Below are positions 8,445-17,299 of a stretch of 32,000 nt of DNA, piece by piece. The DNA is from Faecalibaculum rodentium (GTDB lineage: Bacteria; Bacillota_I; Bacilli_A; Erysipelotrichales; Erysipelotrichaceae). Location: assembly GCF_001564455.1 (NCBI RefSeq), contig NZ_CP011391.1, forward strand, positions 1,620,001 to 1,652,000, in the 5' to 3' direction. The notes beneath the pieces were generated by a model that was not told where the DNA came from, searched no databases, and saw nothing but the letters and a program-made list of their open reading frames with translations. The position numbers and the translations under genes are program-made. Numbering within the stretch: the stretch's first letter is position 1; each line of letters opens with the position of its first letter.

Positions 8445-10177
8445 AAGTGCTTCTGGCGCAAGTGAAGGAATACAAGGCTGATTCCATCAAGACGCCCATT
8501 CTTGTCATGGGTGAGGTGGTGTTTGATGTCCTGATTCCATTTCTCATGGCACTGCTCGTGGATGAAGGAATCAACAAAGGCGACATGCACGCCATCCTGC
8601 TCTATGCAGGTCTGATGCTGGCTTCCGCCATCATTGCCCTGATCCTGGGAGGACTTTCAGGAAAATACGCAGCCATTGCATCCTGCGGATTTGCGAAAAA
8701 CGTCCGGGATGCGGAGTTCCGGAACATTCAGAACTTCGCCTTTGAAGACATCGACAAGTTCTCCACCGGTGGCCTGATCACCCGCATGATGACAGATGTG
8801 AACAACCTGCAGATGGCCTACCAGATGATCATCCGTGTAGCCGTCCGCACCCCCTTCATGATGCTGGCCAGTCTGTTCATGATCTTCTCCGCCTCCAGCC
8901 GTCTGGGCTGGTGGATCGTGGCGATTCTGATTGTACTGGCTATCCTGATTTTCGGGATGATGAAGCTCGTTCACCCGATTTTCATGAAGATGTTCAAAAA
9001 ATACGACAAGCTGAATGAATTCGTGCAGGAAAACACAACGGGTATCCGGGCGGTGAAGTCCTTTGTCCGGGAAGGATTCCAGACGGCTCACTTTGACGAA
9101 GCCAGTCAGGATATCTACAAAGTCAACAAACGGGCAGAAAAGATACTGGTTCTCAACCAGCCTGTGATGATGCTGGCGGTGTATTCCTCTATTCTCCTTG
9201 TCTGCTGGGTGGGAGCTCAGCAGGTTGTGGACGGTTCCATGCAGGTTGGCTCCCTGATGTCGCTGTTCACCTACATCATGACACTGCTCATGTCTCTGAT
9301 GATGTTCTCCATGGTATTCATCCAGATCATCATGTCCATGGCCAGCGCCCGCCGGGTGGTGGAAGTCATCACTCAGGTCTCCAGCCTGCAGTCTCCGGCT
9401 GATGGCGTGAAGGAAGTCAGAAACGGCGAAATCGTATTCGACCACGTCCGGTTCAACTATGCGGAAAACCCCGATGATCCCTATATCCTGGATGATGTGA
9501 ACGTCACGATTCCCTCCGGTTCATCCTTTGGAATCCTCGGCGCCACCGGTTCCGGAAAAACCTCCTTCGTGCAGCTGATTCCCCGGCTGTATGACGTGAC
9601 CAGCGGAGAGGTCCGTGTGGGCGGTCTCAATGTAAAGGACTATGATCTGAAATGCCTGCGGGACAAAGTGGCCATGGTGCTGCAGAAAAACGTCCTGTTT
9701 TCCGGTTCCATCATCGACAACATGCGCTGGGGCGCCGAAGATGCCACGCTTGATGAGATCCGGGAGGCCTGTCACCTGGCTCAGGCGGATGAATTCATTG
9801 AAAAGATGCCGGATAAATACAACACCTACATTGAACAGGGAGGCACCAATGTCTCCGGCGGTCAGCGTCAGCGTCTGACAATTGCCCGGGCGCTGCTGAA
9901 AAAGCCGAAAATCCTGATTCTGGATGATTCCACCAGCGCAGTGGACACCAGAACCGATCAGCTGATCCGCGAGGCGTTCCAGACAAAGATCCCGGATACC
10001 ACAAGGATCATCATCTCCCAGCGTGTGAGCTCCATTCAGGACTCCGACCTGATCATGGTCCTCAACGAAGGAAAAGTCGAAGCGACAGGCACCCATGAAG
10101 AACTGCTGAAGACCTGTCCGATTTACCAGCAGACGTACGAACAGCAGCAGAAAGGAGGAGACTTCGATGAACAATAA
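8438..10177 (+). CDS. ABC transporter permease/ATP-binding protein (type I exporter half-transporter, degenerate-site subunit)
   Basis: 579 aa, 6-TM domain plus NBD. Walker A GATGSGKTS, signature VSGGQ, Walker B ILILDD followed by D not E (GAT at 9926-9928), and H-loop ISQRV (Q not H). Confidence 0.9.
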   Translation: MLKVLLAQVKEYKADSIKTPILVMGEVVFDVLIPFLMALLVDEGINKGDMHAILLYAGLMLASAIIALILGGLSGKYAAIASCGFAKNVRDAEFRNIQNFAFEDIDKFSTGGLITRMMTDVNNLQMAYQMIIRVAVRTPFMMLASLFMIFSASSRLGWWIVAILIVLAILIFGMMKLVHPIFMKMFKKYDKLNEFVQENTTGIRAVKSFVREGFQTAHFDEASQDIYKVNKRAEKILVLNQPVMMLAVYSSILLVCWVGAQQVVDGSMQVGSLMSLFTYIMTLLMSLMMFSMVFIQIIMSMASARRVVEVITQVSSLQSPADGVKEVRNGEIVFDHVRFNYAENPDDPYILDDVNVTIPSGSSFGILGATGSGKTSFVQLIPRLYDVTSGEVRVGGLNVKDYDLKCLRDKVAMVLQKNVLFSGSIIDNMRWGAEDATLDEIREACHLAQADEFIEKMPDKYNTYIEQGGTNVSGGQRQRLTIARALLKKPKILILDDSTSAVDTRTDQLIREAFQTKIPDTTRIIISQRVSSIQDSDLIMVLNEGKVEATGTHEELLKTCPIYQQTYEQQQKGGDFDEQ

Positions 10178-12029
10178 CCAGAACAAAGACGGTCTGAAGC
10201 GGGTATTTTCGCTGATCTGGAAAAACTACAAGCTTCAGGTCGTGATCATTGTTTTCCTCATTCTGTTCTCGGCACTTGCCAACGTGCTTGGTTCCACGTT
10301 CCTGCAGACGCTGATCGATCAGTACATCACACCTCTGTCAGGCCAGAGCAACCCGGATTTCAGCGGACTGCTCAAGGCCATTGCCGGAATGGCAGGGATT
10401 TACCTGGCGGGTATTCTGTCCACCTGGATCTGGAACCGGCTGATGGTCAACATTTCCCTGGGTACTCTCAACGATGTCCGTGAAGGGCTGTTCCGGCATA
10501 TGGAAACACTGCCGGTTTCCTACTTCGATACCCACGCCCACGGGGACATCATGTCGATTTACACCAATGACACTGATACCCTGCGGCAGCTGATTTCCCA
10601 GTCTGCTCCCCAGGTGCTCTCCAGCGGCGCGCAGATCGTGTTTGTGCTGGTGTCCATGTTTGTCATGAACTGGCAGCTGGCGCTGGTGACGGTGATCATG
10701 GGCGGTGTCATGCTCTATGCCAGCCGCTTCATCTCCTCCCGCTCCGGCCGGTTTTTCCGGGAACAGCAGAAACAGCTGGGTGCAGTGAACGGATTCATCG
10801 AGGAAATGATGGAGGGCCAGCGGGTGATCAAGGTCTTCACACACGAAGAGAAGTCCATCCAGGATTTCGAAGCAGTCAATGACAAACTGTGTGATGCCAG
10901 TACCAATGCCAATAAATTTGCCAACATCCTCATGCCCATCTGCATGAACATCGGCTACATCTCCTATGTCCTGACCGCTCTGACAGGCGCTATCTTCGCC
11001 CTGAACGGCATGTTCGGAATAACACTGGGTACCATTGCGGCCTTCCTGCAGCTGAACCGTTCCTTCAACAACCCCATCGTGCAGATCTCGCAGCAGGTCA
11101 ATGCCGTGGTCATGGCCGGTGCCGGTGCCCAGCGGATTTTCGCCCTCATGGACACACCTTCGGAAACCGACAACGGTGTGGTCACGCTGGTCCGTGCAAA
11201 GAAGGAGAACGGACAGTGGGTGGAAACACAGGAATATACCGGTCACTGGTGCTGGAAGCATCCCCGTCCCAATGGCAAAACCGAACTGGTGGAACTCAAA
11301 GGCGATGTCCGGTTCGATGATGTGAACTTCGGCTACACCAAGAAAAAGCAGATCCTGCATGATATTTCTCTGTTTGCCAAACCGGGACAGAAAATCGCTT
11401 TCGTCGGTGCCACCGGTGCCGGCAAGACCACGATCACGAACCTGATCAACCGCTTCTACGACATTCAAAGCGGCATGATCACCTATGACGGCATTGACAT
11501 CAAGCTGATCAAAAAAGATGATCTGCGTCACTCCCTGGGCATTGTGCTGCAGGACACAAACCTGTTCTCCGGCACGATCATGGACAACATCCGGTTTGGC
11601 AAGCTGGATGCCACGGATGAGGAATGCATTGCCGCGGCCAGACTGGCCAGGGCAGATGATTTCATCCGCCACCTGGAGCACGGGTATGACACGGTCATTG
11701 AAGGATCCGGCGAATCCCTTTCACAGGGACAGCGTCAGCTGATTGCCATTGCCCGGGCTGCCGTGGCCAATCCCCCGGTGCTGATTCTGGATGAAGCCAC
11801 GTCTTCCATTGACACTCGCACTGAGCGGCTGGTGCAGGAAGGCATGGACCGGCTGATGCATGGCAGGACAACATTTGTCATTGCCCACCGGCTGAGCACG
11901 ATCATGAACTCGGATGCGATCATGGTCCTGGACAATGGGCGGATCATTGAACGCGGTGATCACGATGATCTGATCAGACAGAAGGGTACGTATTATCAGC
12001 TGTATACTGGTGCCTTCGAACTGGAATAG
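10167..12029 (+). CDS. ABC transporter permease/ATP-binding protein (type I exporter half-transporter, consensus-site subunit)
   Basis: 620 aa. Walker A GATGAGKTT, Walker B VLILDE, H-loop IAHRLS, but non-canonical signature LSQGQ (11718-11732). Overlaps the upstream gene by 11 nt. A TMD-NBD linker insertion is present (...ENGQWVETQEYTGHWCWKHPRPNGKTELVELKGDV...). Confidence 0.9.
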   Translation: MNNNQNKDGLKRVFSLIWKNYKLQVVIIVFLILFSALANVLGSTFLQTLIDQYITPLSGQSNPDFSGLLKAIAGMAGIYLAGILSTWIWNRLMVNISLGTLNDVREGLFRHMETLPVSYFDTHAHGDIMSIYTNDTDTLRQLISQSAPQVLSSGAQIVFVLVSMFVMNWQLALVTVIMGGVMLYASRFISSRSGRFFREQQKQLGAVNGFIEEMMEGQRVIKVFTHEEKSIQDFEAVNDKLCDASTNANKFANILMPICMNIGYISYVLTALTGAIFALNGMFGITLGTIAAFLQLNRSFNNPIVQISQQVNAVVMAGAGAQRIFALMDTPSETDNGVVTLVRAKKENGQWVETQEYTGHWCWKHPRPNGKTELVELKGDVRFDDVNFGYTKKKQILHDISLFAKPGQKIAFVGATGAGKTTITNLINRFYDIQSGMITYDGIDIKLIKKDDLRHSLGIVLQDTNLFSGTIMDNIRFGKLDATDEECIAAARLARADDFIRHLEHGYDTVIEGSGESLSQGQRQLIAIARAAVANPPVLILDEATSSIDTRTERLVQEGMDRLMHGRTTFVIAHRLSTIMNSDAIMVLDNGRIIERGDHDDLIRQKGTYYQLYTGAFELE

Positions 12030-12133
12030 ACTGGGTTCCTGCCGATGCAGATGCAAAACCTGCCAGGCTTTGCATCTGGAGGCGTGGGCCCGAAGCCGAT
12101 ATCACCCGCAAAACAAAAAAACGCCTGTAGGAT

Positions 12134-12175
12134 GCCCGGTCAGCAGTGACCAGGCAGGCCTTCGGGCTTTTTTTA
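12134..12175 (+). terminator. Probable Rho-independent terminator of the marR-ABC operon
   Basis: A GC-rich hairpin region (GCCCGGTCAGCAGTGACCAGGCAGGCCTTCGGGC, with GGTCA/TGACC and GCCCG/CGGGC pairings) is followed by TTTTTTT (12168-12174). Confidence 0.45.
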
Positions 12176-12388
12176 TAAGCAGATCGGGTGGACCGCAGGG
12201 AAAGCGGCATCTGTGCATTCTCCTTTTCCATGGCTGTCTATATACAGATGTAACATAACTTATATTTGTTAGATTCCGGCTTATTTTGTATTCTTTATCC
12301 GCTTCTCTGTAATCTGTAAGCGTTTAACTGGATTTATCAACCTGCCCATTGTACTCTGGTAACAGTTACAGAAAAGGAGAGTTCGACT

Positions 12389-13723
12389 ATGAAATCACGA
12401 TCCCGATTCTTTCTGCAGACCGCTGCCGGTCTGCTTGCTCTTTCTCTGGCTGCCTGCACCGCAGCTCCTGCCGCTTCCGAAGAAAAACCAGCCGAAGCAT
12501 CGGGTACCTATGCCTACCACATCGGCGGTTATGACTGGGGCGGACGTGTGGATGAGGTCACATTGACTCTGGATGCTCCCGTTGACAGTGTGTCCAAAGA
12601 CACGTTCCAGGTGAAAGAAACTGTGGAAACCGACGATGAGAAGACTAAAGAGAATGACCTGACTGTCACTGAGGCATACCTGACAGATGACAAAGGCGAG
12701 AAAACAGACAAGGCATCCAAATACGTCACCCTGAAGCTTAAACCCGAACTGGACCGCGGCAACCCGCTGTATTTTTCGGGAAAAACCGGCTACAACACCT
12801 GGGCAGATCCCTATACCCTGACTTTCACGGTAGCCGAAGGACAGAAGCTGGAATCTGAAGGCAACCCGCTGACCAGTGTAACGATCGACGAAAAAACCAC
12901 CGGCAAGACAACCGCGGTGGATGAATACAAGGAAGCCGAGTTCAAAGCCAGCGACGGCATCACCTATGACTACGGTCTGTATGAACCCGCTGACAAAGCC
13001 AAAACGCTGTTTGTCTGGCTGCATGGGCAGGGTGAAGGCGGATCCTACACGACAAAGGATGCGACGGATCTGAAAGTCTGCGAACTGGCCGGTGATGCCT
13101 CGTTCTTCCTGGGGGCTGATTTCCAGGAAGCCACAGGCGGTGCCAATGTGCTGGTTCCCATGTGTCCGACATACTGGATGGATCCGGATGGCACGAAGGA
13201 AATCGGTGCAGAATGCCTGGACTACGGCTACCGGGAATCCGCCTACACAAAATCGCTGGTGGAGCTGATTGACAAAGTAAAGAAGGAAACCGGCAGCGAG
13301 AAGGTCGTCATTGCGGGATACTCCAACGGCGGCTACATGGCGATGAACCTGGCGATGGAAGAAGCCGGGGCCTATGACGCCTATGTACCGATTGCCGAAG
13401 CGATGAAGAATGAATACATTACCGATGAAGACATCAAAACCATGAAGGATCTCCCGATGTACTTCATCTTTGCGTCCAGTGACCCGACGGTGGATCCGGA
13501 CACGTATGAGCGGCCGACGATCCAGCGGCTTCTGGATGCGGGTGCAAAGGATGTGACGGTGTACAACCCGGACAAGGTGCTGGACAAGAACGGCATCAAG
13601 GATGAAAACGGGGATCCTGTGGAATACAATGGTCACTTTTCCTGGTTCGACTTTGTGCACAACCAGGCCCATGACGAAGGAAAACAGACAGTCTTTGACT
13701 GGATCGGCGAAAAAGTAAAATGA
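12389..13723 (+). CDS. Secreted lipoprotein with C-terminal alpha/beta-hydrolase (esterase/peptidase-like) domain
   Basis: Signal peptide plus lipobox (LLALSLAAC). The C-terminal half has the nucleophile elbow GYSNGG with candidate acid and His residues (SSDPTVD, NGHFSW). The N-terminal ~170 aa are Thr/Lys/Glu/Asp-rich and unassigned. AAGGAG SD present. Confidence 0.75.
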   Translation: MKSRSRFFLQTAAGLLALSLAACTAAPAASEEKPAEASGTYAYHIGGYDWGGRVDEVTLTLDAPVDSVSKDTFQVKETVETDDEKTKENDLTVTEAYLTDDKGEKTDKASKYVTLKLKPELDRGNPLYFSGKTGYNTWADPYTLTFTVAEGQKLESEGNPLTSVTIDEKTTGKTTAVDEYKEAEFKASDGITYDYGLYEPADKAKTLFVWLHGQGEGGSYTTKDATDLKVCELAGDASFFLGADFQEATGGANVLVPMCPTYWMDPDGTKEIGAECLDYGYRESAYTKSLVELIDKVKKETGSEKVVIAGYSNGGYMAMNLAMEEAGAYDAYVPIAEAMKNEYITDEDIKTMKDLPMYFIFASSDPTVDPDTYERPTIQRLLDAGAKDVTVYNPDKVLDKNGIKDENGDPVEYNGHFSWFDFVHNQAHDEGKQTVFDWIGEKVK

Positions 13724-14060
13724 TTCCGCTGGCAGACTGGCAGCCGGAAGGCTGGCGATCTGACCCAGGAACAGGTATGACAGAAACCAGACCTGAAAGA
13801 GACTGGCAGCCAGATCCATAGATTTGCAGGAAGGTTCCTGAACAGAAAGACCTGGTATCTGCATACCGCCAGAACATGCGATTGAGCTCCATCAGGCTGC
13901 ACAGTCTTAGACAAAAGCTCCCTAAGAAATGGAACCACCGGAACGGAATGTTCCGTCGGGGCATGCGGATGATTATACAAAATCTCTCTGTCCGCAGCTG
14001 TGTTGTGCAGAAGCGGAAGCAGCCGGAAGCTGCGCTTTTCTCCCCACCCCCCAACACCAG

Positions 14061-14125
14061 TGCCCCGGTCTCAATCGACAGTCCTGTCTGGACTGTCAGA
14101 TTCAGACCGGGGCACTTTTTGGTTT
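14061..14125 (+). terminator. Very strong plus-strand intrinsic terminator with no ORF directly attached
   Basis: I paired 14061-14084 with 14090-14114 by hand: about 24 bp with one bulge (A14098) and one mismatch (C14072/C14103), 5-nt loop TGTCT. CTTTTTGGTTT follows. The minus-strand reading has no U-tract. Confidence 0.7.
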
Positions 14126-14255
14126 CCGACCGACTGGATGGGCAGCCATCGGCGGCCTCATCAGCTGGTCGCATCTTCTCTCTTTCTTAAGAATTCCCGC
14201 ACGGTTTCTTTCATTTTCGACAGATACAATGCACTCATGAAAGGGGCATTGTATC

Positions 14256-14378
14256 ATGATGATGTTTTATATACAGACAGCACTGATTTTCGCCGGCGTC
14301 CTCTGGACCGCTGCCGGCCTGCTGCTGCACCATATCGAGGAGGAAGAAGTGCATGAATCACGAAATCCTGGTTGTTGA
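14256..14378 (+). CDS. Candidate 40-aa single-pass membrane peptide overlapping the response-regulator start (hypothetical)
   Basis: Below the ORF-track size cutoff. ATGATGATG at 14256 reads MMMFYIQTALIFAGVLWTAAGLLLHHIEEEEVHESRNPGC*. There is one hydrophobic helix and an acidic tail, GC-rich third positions in the helix region, and AAGGGG 9 nt upstream. It ends 26 nt inside the RR gene in another frame. Confidence 0.3.
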   Translation: MMMFYIQTALIFAGVLWTAAGLLLHHIEEEEVHESRNPGC

Positions 14379-15054
14379 AGACGACGAAGGCATCCGCGAA
14401 GCCATCGCCATATATCTCTCTCATGCCGGCTTTCACGTCATCCAGGCCGAAAACGGTCTTAAGGGACTGGAAGCCTTCCGGACCCGCAAACCCGCTCTGG
14501 CCGTGGTGGACATCATGATGCCGGAAATGGACGGATTCACCATGGTCTCCCGCATCCGCGAAACCTCGGACATTCCCGTCCTGTTTCTCTCCGCCAAAAG
14601 CGAAGACGTGGACAAGCTCCATGGATTCACCATCGGCGCGGACGACTATCTCACCAAACCCTTTTCTTCCGTCGAACTCGTGGCCAGGGTCAAGGCAAGA
14701 CTTCGCCGCTACGAACAGATCCTGGAACTGAAAAGCGGTGAAGAGGCCCCCACGGTTCTCACCAATGGCGGGCTGGAACTGGATCCGGCGACGAAGGAAG
14801 TGTTTGTCAACGGGGACCCGGTACATCTGACACCCAAGGAATTCTCGATTCTGGAGCTCCTCATGCGACACCCGGGACAGGTATTTTCCGCCCAGCAGAT
14901 CTATGAACGAATCTGGAAGGAAGAGGCCATCACCACGGAAACCATTACGGTGCACATCCGGAAACTCCGGGAAAAAATCGAGGCGGAACCCCGGCATCCG
15001 CAGTACATCCAGGTGGTCTGGGGTGTGGGCTATAAGATCAGGAAAGACACATGA
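14353..15054 (+). CDS. OmpR/PhoB-family response regulator
   Basis: 233 aa with a receiver domain (VVEDDE...VVDIMMPEMDG...LSAKS...KPF) and a winged-helix output domain (...YIQVVWGVGYKI). GAGGAGG SD present. Confidence 0.9.
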   Translation: MNHEILVVEDDEGIREAIAIYLSHAGFHVIQAENGLKGLEAFRTRKPALAVVDIMMPEMDGFTMVSRIRETSDIPVLFLSAKSEDVDKLHGFTIGADDYLTKPFSSVELVARVKARLRRYEQILELKSGEEAPTVLTNGGLELDPATKEVFVNGDPVHLTPKEFSILELLMRHPGQVFSAQQIYERIWKEEAITTETITVHIRKLREKIEAEPRHPQYIQVVWGVGYKIRKDT

Positions 15055-17213
15055 CCAGAACAAGACAGTTTCTGCTGACCATGATCGCGGTGATTTCGCT
15101 CACTGCGGCTCTGGGCATCACATGGGCCCTCAGTTCCCTGCGTTCCTACAATACGCTGTATGATGAGACGGCAGGAACAAGCCACATCATGGAATCCCTT
15201 GAGGACTTCACGCTCCAGGCGGCTTACAGGCTGGAGCCCGATTTCACGTATGTGAGCGGTTCGGACCTCAAGGAATCGGACATCAAGCAGATCCAGAACA
15301 CGATGCTGGACAACACGGCCTATGGCTATGATGTCCTGTCCCGGGATCCCAATTTCCATTATTCTGTCACCAGCAAAGATGCCTCCCTGCAGTCCCTGGA
15401 GAAACCGGATGCCCAGGATGAAGACTCCTACACCGTGACATTCCAGTTCAAGGACGGCAAACTCAAGGGCTCCGGTTCCCTGCTGGGTTACGGATTTGCA
15501 CCCCAGGAATCCCGGTCCCTCCGCAGTTCGCTGGAGGGCAGCTCCCTGGCGGTCTACAACGACCAGACCGGAGAATTCATCGAACGGTCCTACGAAATCC
15601 CGTCGGATCTCACATTCCACTTTCCGGAAGACCTGACATTTACCTACTCCATCCCGAAGGAACCGGCCATGTCGCCCCAGGGCAGCGGCTATCTCTACAA
15701 CCTGCTGGTGGATGAAAGTCTGGCAGCATCTGTCACGCTCTCGATCCTGGTCCTGGCCCTTGGGCTGCAGTTCCTGCTGCTGCTTCACGTGTCCCTGAAG
15801 GTGGAGGAAACCACGGCTCCCTGGTCCTTCGTGGCCCGGAACAGTCTGGAAACCAATGCCCTGCTCCTGGGGATCCTCTCGGTCATTGCGGGAATTTCCG
15901 CCATGCTGCTCGCAAAACTTGCCCTGCATGGTGATCTCATGACCCTGGCAGTTGCGGGCGGTGCCAAAACGGGGGTTGTGTTCTCCCGCCTCGTCCTGTT
16001 CACGGCGTATACGCTGATCCTGCTGTTTTTCAGCGTTCCGCTGTTCTGGATCCGGCAGATCTTCGCCACCGGCGTCGGAAGCTATGTCCAGGGAAAATCC
16101 CGGATTCTGGAGAGTTTCCGCAAAGGCACCGTGAATCTCGCGCAGGACATTCTCACCCGCCGGATGAGCATTCCGCTGATCCTCAATATCCTCTGCCTGC
16201 TCCTGATCATTCTGACAGGCAGCCCCGGCCTGGCAGTGCTCTACGGCATTCTTCTGACTGCTGCACTGACGATCCTGGCCTTCACGGTACAAAATGGCTG
16301 GAAGACAGTGACGGGTGAAGCCGACCGGCTGGCCAATGGCGATTTCAAGAGCGAGCCTGAGGGAGACCCGACGCTCTTCAGGCCCATTTACGACCGTCTG
16401 CTTGCTGTACGGCGCAGCTTCCAGCAGGCACTGCAGGAAGGCATTGAGAGCACCAACATGCGAAACGAACTGATTTCCAATGTCTCTCACGACCTGAAAA
16501 CCCCCCTGACGGGACTCCGGTCCTACTCCGAGCTCCTGGAAATCACCGACGATCCTGAACAGATGCGGAAATATGCAGGGAAAATCAGTCAGTATACCAG
16601 CCGGCTGAATTCCCTCGTAACGGATCTCTTTGATGTCTCCAAAGCCAATGCAGGCAGCCTGCACCTGGATCCCGTGCATCTGGCTCTCGACCAGCTGATC
16701 TATCAGGCACTGGAAGAAGCCGAGACCAACTGGCGGACCAAAGACCTGCAGGCTGTCATCTCCCTGCGGGAAGCTCAGGTGCTCCTGGATCCCGATAAAA
16801 CGATGCGGATCTTCGAGAACCTGTTCTCGAATGTATCCAAGTACGCCCTGAAAGGCACCCGGGTCTTTGTCACCCTCCGGGAAACACCCACGAGCTATGT
16901 GGTGAACATCAAGAACACATCCGCTGCACCGCTGAACTTCACCGCCGAGGAAATCACCGAGCGCTTTGTCCGCGGTGACAAGTCGCGGCACGAAGTGGGG
17001 TCCGGGCTGGGGCTGGCCATTGTCAAGTCCTTCGCCGAAGTGCAGCACGGCCGGTTCCGTATCGAAATCGACGGCGATCTCTTCCGCGCCATTGTGGTAC
17101 TCCCCAAACCGGAGGACCTGCCGCCTGTGCCGGATACGCAGGATGTCGATGACAACAGCATTGGACCGCTGGAATCCGCCGACCCTGCCGATGAAGAAAA
17201 AGAACCGCAGTGA
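15051..17213 (+). CDS. Sensor histidine kinase (N-terminal TM, ~200-aa extracytoplasmic domain, multi-TM block, DHp/CA)
   Basis: 720 aa with H-box ISNVSHDLKTPLTGL, N-box FSNVSKYA and G-box GSGLGLAIVK. ATGA overlap with the RR gene. Confidence 0.9.
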   Translation: MTRTRQFLLTMIAVISLTAALGITWALSSLRSYNTLYDETAGTSHIMESLEDFTLQAAYRLEPDFTYVSGSDLKESDIKQIQNTMLDNTAYGYDVLSRDPNFHYSVTSKDASLQSLEKPDAQDEDSYTVTFQFKDGKLKGSGSLLGYGFAPQESRSLRSSLEGSSLAVYNDQTGEFIERSYEIPSDLTFHFPEDLTFTYSIPKEPAMSPQGSGYLYNLLVDESLAASVTLSILVLALGLQFLLLLHVSLKVEETTAPWSFVARNSLETNALLLGILSVIAGISAMLLAKLALHGDLMTLAVAGGAKTGVVFSRLVLFTAYTLILLFFSVPLFWIRQIFATGVGSYVQGKSRILESFRKGTVNLAQDILTRRMSIPLILNILCLLLIILTGSPGLAVLYGILLTAALTILAFTVQNGWKTVTGEADRLANGDFKSEPEGDPTLFRPIYDRLLAVRRSFQQALQEGIESTNMRNELISNVSHDLKTPLTGLRSYSELLEITDDPEQMRKYAGKISQYTSRLNSLVTDLFDVSKANAGSLHLDPVHLALDQLIYQALEEAETNWRTKDLQAVISLREAQVLLDPDKTMRIFENLFSNVSKYALKGTRVFVTLRETPTSYVVNIKNTSAAPLNFTAEEITERFVRGDKSRHEVGSGLGLAIVKSFAEVQHGRFRIEIDGDLFRAIVVLPKPEDLPPVPDTQDVDDNSIGPLESADPADEEKEPQ

Positions 17214-17226
17214 TGCGGTTTTTTTG
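17203..17226 (+). terminator. Rho-independent terminator of the two-component operon
   Basis: AACCGCA-GTGA-TGCGGTT hairpin containing the HK stop codon, followed by a T-run to 17226. Confidence 0.7.
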
Positions 17227-17299
17227 AACGATGAAATGACAGGTGAGCTGTGCCAAACAGGAATCCCCGCTGTATGAATCTGTGGCAGAGAGCCACAGA

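Noticed and set aside
14005-14040. GGAAGCAGCC plus GGAA-loop hairpins, reminiscent of SRP (4.5S/scRNA) domain IV.
   Set aside because: The surrounding sequence lacks the conserved GUCAGGUCCGGAAGGAAGCAGC context and the symmetric and asymmetric loops. Only a 5-bp stem forms, so this is probably a chance match.
13876-14240. Plus-strand ORFs 13876-14190 and 13929-14240 (and 14000-14356), and minus-strand ORFs 13596-14174 and 13633-13980, in the orphan region.
   Set aside because: The plus-strand ORFs run straight through the 24-bp terminator hairpin. The minus-strand ORFs overlap the esterase 3' end. None has an SD, and all are Arg/Ser/Pro-rich with atypical composition.
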